64,000 nt of DNA from Pseudorhodobacter sp. (GCA_043721855.1 JAYSPY010000002.1:8434-72433); one strand, 5' to 3'; shown: positions 17,789 through 27,337, numbered from the stretch's first letter. A program made the numbers and translations. The notes: generated by a model not told the origin, from the sequence alone.

Positions 17789-18397
17789 TCAGCGCAGCAA
17801 TAACCCCGCCGCAATCGCCCACATCGTGCAACCCACAATCACCTCCAACACCACCCAGGCCTGCGGTTTGGCAAACACCGGGGCCAGCAAACGCGCGCCA
17901 TAGCCCAGCGCCAGAAAAAAGCTGAAAGACCCCAACGCCGCCCCCAACCCAAACACGGCTTGGTGAGGCGCGTATTGCGCCGAAATGGACCCGATCAACA
18001 CCACCGTATCCAGATAAACATGCGGGTTCGCCCATGTCAGCACCAGAAAGGTTGCCAGAACTTGCGCCAAGGGCACTGTCACGCCCGGCGCTGGCCGCAA
18101 TGCCTCGCCGCCCTGCCACGCCGCCCGAAACCGCAGCGCGCCGTATACCAGCAGAAATGCTGCCCCACCAAATCGCATGGCATCGCCAATCCACGGCACA
18201 TGGGCCTGCACGGCACCAAATCCCGCCACCCCCGCCGCCATCAAAATCGCATCAGACAACGCACAGGCCAAAATCACCGCCAACACATGTTCGCGCCGCA
18301 ACCCCTGCCGCAGCACAAACGCATTTTGTGCGCCGATTGCCGCAATCAAACTGATCGCCAGTAAATATCCGCCAATTGCCGCCCCGCCCAACGTCAT
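17789..18397 (-). CDS. argO: LysE/ArgO-family basic amino-acid exporter
   Basis: IGAQNAFVLRQGLRREHV and TWANPHVYLDTVVLIGS match E. coli ArgO motifs (GPQNAFVMNQGIRRQ, TWLNPHVYLDTFVVLGS). Divergent from argP. Confidence 0.85.
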   Translation of the reverse strand: MTLGGAAIGGYLLAISLIAAIGAQNAFVLRQGLRREHVLAVILACALSDAILMAAGVAGFGAVQAHVPWIGDAMRFGGAAFLLVYGALRFRAAWQGGEALRPAPGVTVPLAQVLATFLVLTWANPHVYLDTVVLIGSISAQYAPHQAVFGLGAALGSFSFFLALGYGARLLAPVFAKPQAWVVLEVIVGCTMWAIAAGLLLR

Positions 18398-18514
18398 TTC
18401 ATTCCCGCCAAAACCATCTTACCCAACTTGCCACCAAGCCGATTTCCGCTTGACCTAAGCTGCAACAGCGGCATCAATCCAATTAATCTTTCTTACCCAA
18501 GTGAAGCTGCGCTA

Positions 18515-19396
18515 ATGTTTACCGACCCCCTGCTTGCCGCGCTCGCAGCCATCCACCGCCGTGGCAGCTTTGATCTGGCCGCTGCCACGCTTGGCATCAC
18601 CCCCTCCGCCATCTCGCAACGCCTGAAGTCCCTCGAAGAACGCATGGGCACCGTTCTTGTCCGCCGCGGCCAGCCCTGCACCGCCACCGCGCCCGGTCTG
18701 CGCCTGATCCGCCACCATGATGAAGTGGCGCTGCTGCAATCGCAACTGAACCAAGACCTGCCACACCTGAACGCGGGCCCCGCCATCATCCGTATCGCAG
18801 TCAACGCCGACAGCCTTGCCACATGGGTCATCCCCGCCCTTGCCGCCACCAACGATATGCTGTTCGATCTGGTGATTGACGATCAGGACCATTCGCAAAG
18901 CTGGCTGAAACGCGGCGAGGTGTCAGCCGCGATCACCTCGCACCCCGGCCCTCTGCAAGGCTGCGACACGATCCCCCTCGGAGCTTTGCGCTACCACGCC
19001 ACCGCCAGCCCCGGCTATATCGCGAAATGGCTGCCACATGGCGCCACCAAAGCTGCCCTAACCCGCGCCCCCGCACTGACGTTTTCTGACAAAGACCGCC
19101 TGCAAGGTGCGTGGCTGCAATCGCAGTTCGGGCCGCGCCTGGCGTTCCCAACCCACCGCCTCGCCTCCAGCCAAGCGTTCGTCGATGCCGCTGTCGCGGG
19201 CCTCGGCTGGGGCATGAACCCCGAACCGCTGATCGCCCCGCACCTGGCCCATGGCACCTTAACCGAACTGATCGCGAACACCCCTCTCGACGTGCCGCTT
19301 TACTGGCAATTCTCCCGCCTAACTGCCCCCGCCTTGGCGCCTCTTACCCGCGCAGTCCAATCCGTCGCAGCCAAAATCCTGCGACAATCCCCGTAG
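18515..19396 (+). CDS. argP: LysR-family transcriptional regulator ArgP
   Basis: LAALAAIHRRGSFDLAAATLGITPSAISQRLKSLEERMG wHTH. Divergent from argO. Start trimmed to MFTDPLL (18515) from 18428. Confidence 0.85.
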   Translation: MFTDPLLAALAAIHRRGSFDLAAATLGITPSAISQRLKSLEERMGTVLVRRGQPCTATAPGLRLIRHHDEVALLQSQLNQDLPHLNAGPAIIRIAVNADSLATWVIPALAATNDMLFDLVIDDQDHSQSWLKRGEVSAAITSHPGPLQGCDTIPLGALRYHATASPGYIAKWLPHGATKAALTRAPALTFSDKDRLQGAWLQSQFGPRLAFPTHRLASSQAFVDAAVAGLGWGMNPEPLIAPHLAHGTLTELIANTPLDVPLYWQFSRLTAPALAPLTRAVQSVAAKILRQSP

Positions 19397-19434
19397 GATG
19401 GGCGGTTCTGTGCAAAGCACAGGTTCGCCCATCC
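19393..19434 (+). repeat. REP-like element, long form (GTAG head + interrupted 18-bp-arm palindrome)
   Basis: GTAGGATGGGCGGTTCTGTGC-AAA-GCACAGGTTCGCCCATCC. The argP TAG stop lies inside the GTAG head. Near-identical architecture at 28243-28284. Confidence 0.8.
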
Positions 19435-19543
19435 GCGCCACCCCAAGCGGCCCCCCTGCAGAGCATCCACATAAAACCGTCCCACAATCAGAATTTGGAT
19501 CATCGTCGCCTTGATCGACGGAAAGAATGCACCCCGCGCCGCC

Positions 19544-19567
19544 GCCCATTCGCCCGCCCATTCGCCC
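19544..19567. repeat. 12-bp tandem duplication
   Basis: GCCCATTCGCCC x2, exact. Confidence 0.9.
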
Positions 19568-19634
19568 GGCTGAAACGCGGCGCAAACCACATGCAACCGC
19601 CGATTTGCAAGCAGCGCATTCCGGGCCTACTGGC

Positions 19635-19677
19635 GGTAAGGCCGGCAAGGCCGGCAAGGCCGGCAAGGCCGGCAACG
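19635..19677. repeat. 9-bp tandem repeat, about 4.7 copies
   Basis: GGTAAGGCC GGCAAGGCC GGCAAGGCC GGCAAGGCC GGCAACG. Confidence 0.95.
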
Positions 19678-19769
19678 ATCAGTCATCACAGGCACCTCAT
19701 AGGGAAATGCAAAACCCTACCCGACGCGCGAAAAAAATAGAACACCCTCACCGAACGATGCCGTCCCCG

Positions 19770-19792
19770 GTAGGATGGGCAATCTGCCCATC
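19770..19792 (+). repeat. REP-like element, short form
   Basis: GTAGGATGGGCA-ATC-TGCCCATC (8-bp perfect stem, 3-nt loop). Identical core at 56843-56865. Confidence 0.8.
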
Positions 19793-19830
19793 ACCCCCAC
19801 GCCCATCGCTACCCCTCGCCGCCCAATCCC

Positions 19831-19862
19831 AAAACAAAAAAACCCACCGTTTCCGGGGGGCC
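19831..19862 (-). terminator. Intrinsic terminator of yebC (possibly bidirectional, also serving argP)
   Basis: Minus-strand reading CCCCCCG-GAAA-CGGTGGG followed by TTTTTTTGTTTT. On the plus strand the same hairpin is followed by CCTTTTC. Confidence 0.6.
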
Positions 19863-19931
19863 TTTTCATCACTCAAAACCGTATGCAAAGATAAAGCACG
19901 CCAAAAGCACGCCCACCATACACCGCTGAAA

Positions 19932-20678
19932 TCACATATCCAACTGCGCTGCCACATCCTCGGGCAGATCAAAGTTATGCGTCACGGCCTGCACATCGTC
20001 ATCTTCTTCCAGCATGTCGATCAACTTCAACAGCTTGATCGCGGTGTCCAGATCCACTTCGGTCAACACCTGCGGTTTCCAGATAAGTTTGCTTTCGGTC
20101 GACTCGCCCATTACTTTTTCCAGCGCGTCAGACACATCAACCAGCGCCTCGAACTGGCAATAGATCCAGTGGCCATCTTCATCGGATTCCACGTCATCCG
20201 CACCCGCATCAAGCGCCGCCATCATCACCGTGTCATCATCACCAGCGCTCACCGGATACGAAATTTCCCCAACCCGGTCAAAACCATGTGACACCGATCC
20301 GGTCTGTCCCAGATTACCACCGCATTTGGTGAAATAGCTGCGCACATTGCTGGCCGTGCGGTTCAGATTGTCGGTCAACGCTTCGACAATAATGGCAATG
20401 CCGTTCGCGCCATAACCTTCATATCGGATTTCCGAATAATCCGCCGCATCACCCATCTGGCTTTTCTTGATGGCCCGGTCGATCACGTCTTTGGGCATCG
20501 ACAACGCCTTAGCGGCTTTCACGGCCAGACGCAGCCGCGGGTTCATGTCCACATCCGGCATGCCCATTTTGGCGGCCACGGTAATTTCCTTGGCCAGCTT
20601 GGAAAACATCGCAGACCGCGCTTTATCTTGCTTGCCCTTGCGGTGCTGAATGTTCGCCCATTTCGAATGGCCTGCCAT
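19932..20678 (-). CDS. yebC: YebC/PmpR-family DNA-binding transcriptional regulator
   Basis: [22 protein letters not shown]... full-length family match. Confidence 0.9.
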   Translation of the reverse strand: MAGHSKWANIQHRKGKQDKARSAMFSKLAKEITVAAKMGMPDVDMNPRLRLAVKAAKALSMPKDVIDRAIKKSQMGDAADYSEIRYEGYGANGIAIIVEALTDNLNRTASNVRSYFTKCGGNLGQTGSVSHGFDRVGEISYPVSAGDDDTVMMAALDAGADDVESDEDGHWIYCQFEALVDVSDALEKVMGESTESKLIWKPQVLTEVDLDTAIKLLKLIDMLEEDDDVQAVTHNFDLPEDVAAQLDM

Positions 20679-20754
20679 GACCCCGTCTCCGTTCCCTGAA
20701 TACCTTGGTGGGCTGGTCTACACCAGCCCAAGGGTCGCCCGCAACCCCGTGCCC

Positions 20755-21132
20755 CTACTCCAACGGGGCCGGCGATACAAAGCTGTAATCGCGCCCCGAC
20801 GCATCCGTCAGCACCACTTCGGCCAGCGGCGCCAACGCCCCGTCTGCGCCCAATGCGCCCGCAACACCGACCGCCAACTGGCGCAAGATATTTGGGCGAC
20901 CCTCAACCGTGACCGAATAGCCAAAGCCTGCTCCGCAATCGTCCATCCGCCCAGTGCCGCCCGCCGTGGCCCAATTCGCGCGACATATGGTTCCGTCAGT
21001 CAAACCAACCGTCAAAACATCAGCACTCAACCGCGCCGAGGCTGGTATCGCCATGCCAGTGGCCATCGGCGCACAGGCCGCAAGTCCCGCGAGCATCATC
21101 CCAAAAAGGCCAATACGCTGTGTCATCATCAT
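20755..21132 (-). CDS. Small lipoprotein of unknown function
   Basis: MMMTQRIGLFGMMLAGLAAC lipobox (LAAC). Start trimmed to the MMM run so it does not overlap the upstream transporter. Confidence 0.55.
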   Translation of the reverse strand: MMMTQRIGLFGMMLAGLAACAPMATGMAIPASARLSADVLTVGLTDGTICRANWATAGGTGRMDDCGAGFGYSVTVEGRPNILRQLAVGVAGALGADGALAPLAEVVLTDASGRDYSFVSPAPLE

Positions 21133-21136
21133 TCCC

Positions 21137-22921
21137 TCAAAGTCCATACACCAGCGGTATTACGATCGCCGCCACGATCCCCATCAGGATATTCAACGGC
21201 ACGCCGATCTTCATGAAATCGCCGAAGGTATAGCCGCCGGGCCCGTAGACCAACAGGTTACACTGATAGCCGATTGGCGTGGCAAAGCCAAAACTCGCCC
21301 CCAACATCACCGCCACCAACAACGGCCGCGGGTCCACCCCAAGGCTTTGCGCCAACCCAATCGCCACCGGCGTTACCACCACCGCCACCGCATTGTTCGA
21401 CAACAGTTCCGTCAAGATCGAGGTCAGCGCATAGACCGCAAAGATCAGCATCCAGGGCTGTAAATCCCCCATATAGGGCGACGCCGCCCCCACCAGAAGT
21501 TCCACCGCCCCCGAATGCTCCAACCCCTGACCCACCGCGATCATGCCAAACAACATGCCCAGCAACCGCCCGTCGATGCTGGCAAACGCCTCATCTGCGT
21601 CAATGCAGCGCATTACCAGAACAACCGCCGCGCCGATGAACGCCAGCACTTCAATCGGCGCCACATCCAGCGACGACAGCGTAATCACCGCCACCAGCAC
21701 CGCCACCACAATCGGCGCGCGGCTACGCCGAAACGCACGCTCTGTCGGGTGGGATACATCCACCATATCCATATCGGCGGCCAGCCGCGCAATATCGCCG
21801 GGCGCGCCTTCCAGCAAAAGTGTATCGCCCACCGCCACGACCAGATCATCCAATTGCCGCCCGATGTTCTGATTTCGGCGATGCACTGCCAATGGATAGA
21901 CGCCGTAACGCCGCCGCAACCGCATCTCGCCCAGGCGGCGCCCCACCAAACGGCAACCGGGCGTGATCAGCACCTCCACCGTGTTGGTCGCGACCGAGCT
22001 TAGCTTATCGACCAAAGACACGTCCTTATGGTCTTGCAGGCTTAGCAATTCCGCCATCGGCGTGCGTAAAACCACACGGTCGCCGGACTCCAACACCACG
22101 CCCGCCATATCGCGCCGCAAGCTGGCATCGCCGCGCAAAACGTCAATCACCCGCGCCCCACCGCGCTTGAACAAATCCACCGTATCCAGCGCGCGGCCCA
22201 CAAGCGACGAATCCTCTGGCACCGCGACTTCGGTGAAAAACTTCATCTTCGGCCGGTCGTTCAACATCGCAGACATGGATACACGGTTTGGCAGCAGCCG
22301 GTTACCAAACAGCCCCAAATACAAAAGCCCGGCAATCGCGATGGGTATGCCCACCGGTGTTATCTCAAATATCGAAAACGGCTCCAACCCCGCTTGCCGC
22401 GCCACCCCGTCTACTACAAGATTGGTCGAGGTGCCCACCAATGTGATCGTACCGCCCATGATCGACAGATAGCTTAACGGGATCAATAGCTTGGACGGCG
22501 CTATTTTCATCTGTGCCGCCAGCTGCATGAACACCGGCAGGAACACCACCACAATCGGCGTGTTGTTCACAAAGGCCGACAGCGTCACAATCAACACAGC
22601 CAGCGCCGCCACCGTCAATGCGGGCCGCGCATCCACGTGAAAACTGGCAAGCTGGGTCACATAATCCAGCGCCCCCGTCCGCACCAAAGCCCCCACGATG
22701 ATAAACATCATCGCAATGGTCCACGGCGCATTGTTCGACAGCACTTTCAGCGCCTGATCTTGCGGCAAAATCCCCAGCAGAAGCATCACCGCCGCCCCGG
22801 CAATCGCCGTCACTTCGACAGGAAAAGTTTCACGCACAAACAAAACCAGCATCGCAATCAATATGACTATTGCAACAATCGGCATAGCGGTCGGGGATAG
22901 ATCATATCCGATCATGGGCAC
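21137..22921 (-). CDS. SLC13/DASS-family anion transporter with two central TrkA-C (RCK_C) domains
   Basis: Hydrophobic N- and C-terminal halves flank two soluble repeats (ALDTVDLFKRGGARVIDVLRGD...; LGEMRLRRRYGVYPLAVHRRNQ...). Confidence 0.8.
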   Translation of the reverse strand: MPMIGYDLSPTAMPIVAIVILIAMLVLFVRETFPVEVTAIAGAAVMLLLGILPQDQALKVLSNNAPWTIAMMFIIVGALVRTGALDYVTQLASFHVDARPALTVAALAVLIVTLSAFVNNTPIVVVFLPVFMQLAAQMKIAPSKLLIPLSYLSIMGGTITLVGTSTNLVVDGVARQAGLEPFSIFEITPVGIPIAIAGLLYLGLFGNRLLPNRVSMSAMLNDRPKMKFFTEVAVPEDSSLVGRALDTVDLFKRGGARVIDVLRGDASLRRDMAGVVLESGDRVVLRTPMAELLSLQDHKDVSLVDKLSSVATNTVEVLITPGCRLVGRRLGEMRLRRRYGVYPLAVHRRNQNIGRQLDDLVVAVGDTLLLEGAPGDIARLAADMDMVDVSHPTERAFRRSRAPIVVAVLVAVITLSSLDVAPIEVLAFIGAAVVLVMRCIDADEAFASIDGRLLGMLFGMIAVGQGLEHSGAVELLVGAASPYMGDLQPWMLIFAVYALTSILTELLSNNAVAVVVTPVAIGLAQSLGVDPRPLLVAVMLGASFGFATPIGYQCNLLVYGPGGYTFGDFMKIGVPLNILMGIVAAIVIPLVYGL

Positions 22922-22965
22922 TCTCGCTTGGCGTCACGCCCTAGTCGCAACCCAAACCCCGCAGG

Positions 22966-23862
22966 TCAAGCGGCTTTTGGCAAAGCCTCGCGGGGTTGCA
23001 CCAGAAACAACCCCAACAACATCACCGCCAGCGCCGCCCAAATCCAGCCGGAAAACCGCTCTCCCAGCAGCAGCATCGCCCAGATCACACCCGTGCCTGT
23101 TACAATATACGATGTTTGCGCCGCAAACACGGCCCCCGCCCGCGCCGCGAGCCAGACATAGGCGCAGTAGCACAGATTATGCACCACAGACCCCACCAAC
23201 AGCGCCACTTCAGGCTTGCCCCAAGGCTGCGTCAGGTCGATCCACTGCCCTGATCCAACCGCCACCGGCAGCATGATCACCGCCCCAAGAACAGACGCCA
23301 GACACATCGCCTGCACCGCATCCATCCCCGCCGTGCCAAAACGCGCCACGTAATTGCCCTCAAACGCATAAAACAGCGGCCCGATCATCGCGATGGGCAG
23401 ATAGGCGGCCATGCCTGCATCCGGCAGGCTGGCAGAGGGTAACGCAATCAATGCGACCCCGATCAGCCCGCACAAAAGCCCTGCCAGACGCCCCGCACTG
23501 AACCGGTCCATCCCCAACATCAACGCCACCGGAAACGCCATCAACGGCACCGTGGAAATCAAGATCGACATGATCCCAGATGGCAGATGCGCCACTGAAT
23601 AGTAAAAGGTCGAGTTTGGAATGATCGTCCCGATCAGCGAAATCAGCACCGCAAACCCCAAGGTCTGCCGCGTAATCGGTATGCGCCGCCGCTGCACGAT
23701 CAAAATCGCGCCGAGTAGCACAATCCCCACGACCATCTGCCAAAAGATCAGACCAAATTGCTTATGCCCGGTCGATACCGCAATCTTGCCCAAAGGTTGC
23801 GTCGATCCCCAGCCCAGCCCCATGGCAACAAGCATCGCCACATAGCCAAAGCGCACACTCAT
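22966..23862 (-). CDS. DMT-superfamily (EamA-like) transporter
   Basis: Ten TM segments, duplicated EamA pattern. Confidence 0.8.
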   Translation of the reverse strand: MSVRFGYVAMLVAMGLGWGSTQPLGKIAVSTGHKQFGLIFWQMVVGIVLLGAILIVQRRRIPITRQTLGFAVLISLIGTIIPNSTFYYSVAHLPSGIMSILISTVPLMAFPVALMLGMDRFSAGRLAGLLCGLIGVALIALPSASLPDAGMAAYLPIAMIGPLFYAFEGNYVARFGTAGMDAVQAMCLASVLGAVIMLPVAVGSGQWIDLTQPWGKPEVALLVGSVVHNLCYCAYVWLAARAGAVFAAQTSYIVTGTGVIWAMLLLGERFSGWIWAALAVMLLGLFLVQPREALPKAA

Positions 23863-24671
23863 GGCCGCGCCTCTTGCAGCCGCCCGCCAATGCGGATCAT
23901 CGCAACCCGGTTTGCTTTGCCGGACTTGTCATCCGTCTCCACATACACGCCCGATAATGTCGCAGGCCCATTTGCAGGCTCAAACCGCGCCTTGGGCATC
24001 CCTGTGATGAACCGTCGCATAGGTTCCAGCTTTTCCATGCCAATGACACTGTCATAATCGCCGCACATGCCCGCATCGGTCAGATACGCACAACCGCCCG
24101 CCAAAATCTGTGCATCCGCCGTCGGCACATGGGTATGCGTGCCCACCACCAAACTGGCGCGCCCATCGCACCAATGCCCCATCGCCATCTTTTCCGATGT
24201 CGCCTCGCAGTGCATATCCACCAGCGCCGCCTGCACCACACCGCCCAAGGGATAGGTCTTCAACACTGTCTCCACCGCAGAAAACGGGTCATCAAACGGC
24301 CGTTTCATGAACACCTGGCCCAAAGCCTGCGCCACCAGAACCTTGCGCCCTTGGGTCGCCGTAAACACCCGAAACCCCTTGCCAGGCGCGCCCTTGGCAT
24401 AGTTCAGGGGCCGGATCACACGCGGCTCGGTCTCGATGAACTGTAACATATCCTTCTGGTCAAACGCATGATCGCCCAGCGTCACACAATCCGCCCCCGC
24501 AACCAGCAACCCGCGGGCATGTTCCGGCGTCAGGCCAAGCCCAGATGACGCGTTCTCACCATTGACCACCACAAAATCAAGGCCCCACTCGGCGCGCAAT
24601 CCCGGCAACCGTTCGGTCACCGCAGCCCGCCCGGCTCGCCCCATAACATCGCCTAGAAAAAGAATTTTCAT
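23859..24671 (-). CDS. YmdB-like (TIGR00282-type) metallophosphoesterase
   Basis: MKILFLGDVMGRAGRAAV...VVNGENASSGLG...GDHAFD...GTHTHVPTAD. Start trimmed to MKILFLGD (24671) from 24761. Confidence 0.85.
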   Translation of the reverse strand: MKILFLGDVMGRAGRAAVTERLPGLRAEWGLDFVVVNGENASSGLGLTPEHARGLLVAGADCVTLGDHAFDQKDMLQFIETEPRVIRPLNYAKGAPGKGFRVFTATQGRKVLVAQALGQVFMKRPFDDPFSAVETVLKTYPLGGVVQAALVDMHCEATSEKMAMGHWCDGRASLVVGTHTHVPTADAQILAGGCAYLTDAGMCGDYDSVIGMEKLEPMRRFITGMPKARFEPANGPATLSGVYVETDDKSGKANRVAMIRIGGRLQEARP

Positions 24672-24782
24672 GGGCTTGGGATAGGCGCGCTCTGCCCCAA
24701 GGGCAAGGGGAAACCCCTGATAGCAAAGCCCCCAACCACAGATTGCTGCATTGGCAAGCATGGGCTCCTCCCTCCCCCCCGT

Positions 24783-24805
24783 GGGGAGGGTTGGGGTGGG
24801 GGGGG
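24783..24805 (+). other. G-quadruplex-type tract (four G-runs, loops of 1-2 nt) overlapping an 8-bp C/G hairpin
   Basis: GGGGAGGGTTGGGGTGGGGGGGG. The first two G-runs (GGGGAGGG) also pair perfectly with CCCTCCCC at 24770-24777. Confidence 0.5.
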
Positions 24806-24934
24806 CAGCAGCGACATGCCAATGACCAAGCCCACAACATACCCCGCCAGCCCAAAGCGCTGTTTTGCAGACGATACCTGCCTTCTGCCATTCGCCTGCT
24901 TTCCCTTACCCGCACCGCACTCTATCTTGGCTCT

Positions 24935-27337
24935 ATGCTGACCCTCCCCCCCACACTCACCGACTGGTTCGCCACCAAAGGATGGCACCTGCACCCGCAC
25001 CAGCTTGACATGCTGACGCGCGCCGCTGATCCCGCCACCCTGCTGATCGCCCCCACTGGCGGCGGCAAAACCCTCGCAGGCTTCCTGCCCACCCTGGCGG
25101 AGCTTGGACCAACGCCTGCCCCCGGCCTTCACACCCTTTATATCTCGCCGCTCAAGGCCCTTACCGCCGACATCCGCCGCAACCTGCGCACCCCCATCGA
25201 AGGCGCGCACCTGAACATCCGGGTTGAGGACCGCACCGGCGACACCACCTATACCCAACGCCGCAAACAGCGCGCCGACCCGCCGCATATCTGGCTGACG
25301 ACTCCCGAAAGCCTTGCCCTGCTGCTGAGCTACGAAGATGCCCCCCGCATCTTCGCGGGGCTTGAGCGCGTTATCGTCGATGAAATCCATGCCCTCGCCG
25401 AATCCAAACGCGGCGATCAGTTGATGCTGTGCCTGTCGCGCCTGCAGTCCCTTGCCCCCGGCCTGCGCCGCGTTGGCCTGTCCGCCACCGTCGAAGACCC
25501 GCCCGCTTTAGCCCGCTTCCTCGCCCGCCATCCCGACGCTTGCCATATCCTTCAAGCCGATCCCGGCCCCGACCCCGATATTTCGATGCTGCAAACCGAT
25601 GACGCCCCGCCATGGGCAGGCGGCGGTGGCCGCTATGCCATCCCTGCGATCTTGGCCGAGGTCAACCGCCACAAAACCACGCTGATCTTCCACAACACCC
25701 GCGCGCAGGCGGAATTGTTTTTCCGCGACCTCTGGCTCGCCAACACGGAAAACCTGCCCATCGCCATCCACCACGGCAGCTTGGCCCGCGAACAACGCGA
25801 CCGGGTCGAGGCGGCAATGGTCGCAGGCCACATTCGCGCCGTGGTCTGCACCGGAACGCTGGATTTGGGCATCGACTGGGGTGATGTCGATCTGGTCATA
25901 CAGGTCGGCGCCCCTAAAAACGTCAAACGCCTCGTGCAACGCATCGGCCGTGCCAATCACCGCTACAACGCACCGTCCAAGGCGCTGCTGGTCCCCGCCA
26001 ACCGGTTCGAGGTGGTCGAATGCCAGGCCGCCCTTGACGCCGTCATTGCCCACACCCTGGACGGTGACCCGCGCGGCCCTGGTCCGCAAGACGTGCTGTG
26101 CCAACACATCCTGATGACCGCCTGTGCCGGCCCGTTCATCTCAGACGCGCTATACGCCGAGGTTACCACCGCCGGCCCCTACGCAGCCCTCACCCGCCCC
26201 GACTTCGACGCCTGCCTGGATTTCACCGCCACCGGCGGCTATGCCCTGCGCGCCTACGACCGTTGGCAACGCCTGCAACAGCGCGGCGAAAACTGGCACC
26301 TGCGCGACCCCCGCGCGACCGCTGTCATTCGCCAAAACCTCGGCACCATCATCGGCACCGAAACCCTGAAAGTCCGCCTCAAAGGCCGCTTGGGCGGCAT
26401 GCCGCTGGGCGAGGTCGAAGAAGGCTTCGCAGCCACCCTCACCCCCGGCGATACTTTCCTGATCGGCGGCGAGGTGGTCCGCTTTGAGTCCATCCGTGAA
26501 CTCACCGTCGAGGTCACCCGAACCCCCGGCCGCACCCCCAAAATCGCCACTTTCAACGGCACCAAATTTGCCACCTCAACCCTGCTCACCCAGCGTATCC
26601 TGCACATCTTCCAACAACCGAACTGGCCAGACCTGCCCGCCCACACCGCAAAATGGCTGGAGCTGCAACGCCACGTCTCCCGCCTGCCCGAACCAAACCG
26701 GCTTCTCATCGAAACCTTCCCGCATGACGGGCGGCACCACCTGTGCATCTACGGCTTCGCAGGCCGCAACGCGCAGCAAACCCTTGGCCTGCTGGTGACA
26801 AAACGCATGGAGGAAGACGCCCTCTCCCCCCTAGGCTTTGTCGCCACCGACTACGCCACGCTGATCTGGGGCCTTGACGAAATCACCGATCCCGCCGCCT
26901 TGCTCGATCCTACCAAACTGCGCGCAGGCTTCACCGAATGGTTGGCCTCAAACGCCGTCATGAAACGCACCTTTCGCGCCTCCGCCATCATCGCAGGCCT
27001 GATTGAGCGCTCCCACCAGGGCCGCCGCAAATCGGGCCGCCAAACCACAATCTCGTCAGATATCCTCTACGACACGCTGCGAAAATACGACCCCGACCAC
27101 CTGATGCTGAAAATCACCCAGACCGAGGCCCTGCGCGGCCTGGTCGATTTCGGCCGGGTCGAAGACATGCTCACCACCCTTGCCCCCCATATCGACCACG
27201 TCGCCCTCACCCGCCCCTCGCCGCTCGCAGCCCCGCTGTTCCTTGAGTCGGGCCGCATCCCCATCAAAGGCCAGGGCCGCGAACGCATTCTCGAAGACGC
27301 CGCCCTGAAACTCATGCAAGACGCAGGCCTTGCGTAA
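24935..27337 (+). CDS. lhr: Lhr-like DEXH-box helicase of the ligase-associated DNA-damage-response type
   Basis: APTGGGKTLAGF (motif I), VIVDEIHAL (DEIH), FHNTRAQAE, TGTLDLGIDWGDVDLV, QRIGRANH. Followed by pdeM. Start trimmed to MLTLPPTL (24935) from 24743. Confidence 0.85.
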   Translation: MLTLPPTLTDWFATKGWHLHPHQLDMLTRAADPATLLIAPTGGGKTLAGFLPTLAELGPTPAPGLHTLYISPLKALTADIRRNLRTPIEGAHLNIRVEDRTGDTTYTQRRKQRADPPHIWLTTPESLALLLSYEDAPRIFAGLERVIVDEIHALAESKRGDQLMLCLSRLQSLAPGLRRVGLSATVEDPPALARFLARHPDACHILQADPGPDPDISMLQTDDAPPWAGGGGRYAIPAILAEVNRHKTTLIFHNTRAQAELFFRDLWLANTENLPIAIHHGSLAREQRDRVEAAMVAGHIRAVVCTGTLDLGIDWGDVDLVIQVGAPKNVKRLVQRIGRANHRYNAPSKALLVPANRFEVVECQAALDAVIAHTLDGDPRGPGPQDVLCQHILMTACAGPFISDALYAEVTTAGPYAALTRPDFDACLDFTATGGYALRAYDRWQRLQQRGENWHLRDPRATAVIRQNLGTIIGTETLKVRLKGRLGGMPLGEVEEGFAATLTPGDTFLIGGEVVRFESIRELTVEVTRTPGRTPKIATFNGTKFATSTLLTQRILHIFQQPNWPDLPAHTAKWLELQRHVSRLPEPNRLLIETFPHDGRHHLCIYGFAGRNAQQTLGLLVTKRMEEDALSPLGFVATDYATLIWGLDEITDPAALLDPTKLRAGFTEWLASNAVMKRTFRASAIIAGLIERSHQGRRKSGRQTTISSDILYDTLRKYDPDHLMLKITQTEALRGLVDFGRVEDMLTTLAPHIDHVALTRPSPLAAPLFLESGRIPIKGQGRERILEDAALKLMQDAGLA

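Noticed and set aside
19319-19675. ORF beginning MPALPALPALPALP.
   Set aside because: The N-terminus is simply the translation of the 9-bp tandem repeat from a non-ATG start. The frame also crosses a REP element and the 3' end of argP. It is not a credible gene.
19635-19677. Short tandem repeats (here and at 61602-61631) considered as a possible CRISPR array.
   Set aside because: The units are 9-15 bp and directly abutting, with no spacers. No cas genes are in the window.
24743-24934. N-terminal extensions suggested by the ORF track: lhr from 24743, kpsE from 6562, ymdB-like to 24761, tolB to 39079, pal to 37785, trpB to 63675, and others.
   Set aside because: The extensions are Arg/Pro/Trp-rich and overlap divergent or upstream genes. 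They precede the point where family similarity, signal peptides or lipoboxes begin. Internal starts give canonical N-termini.
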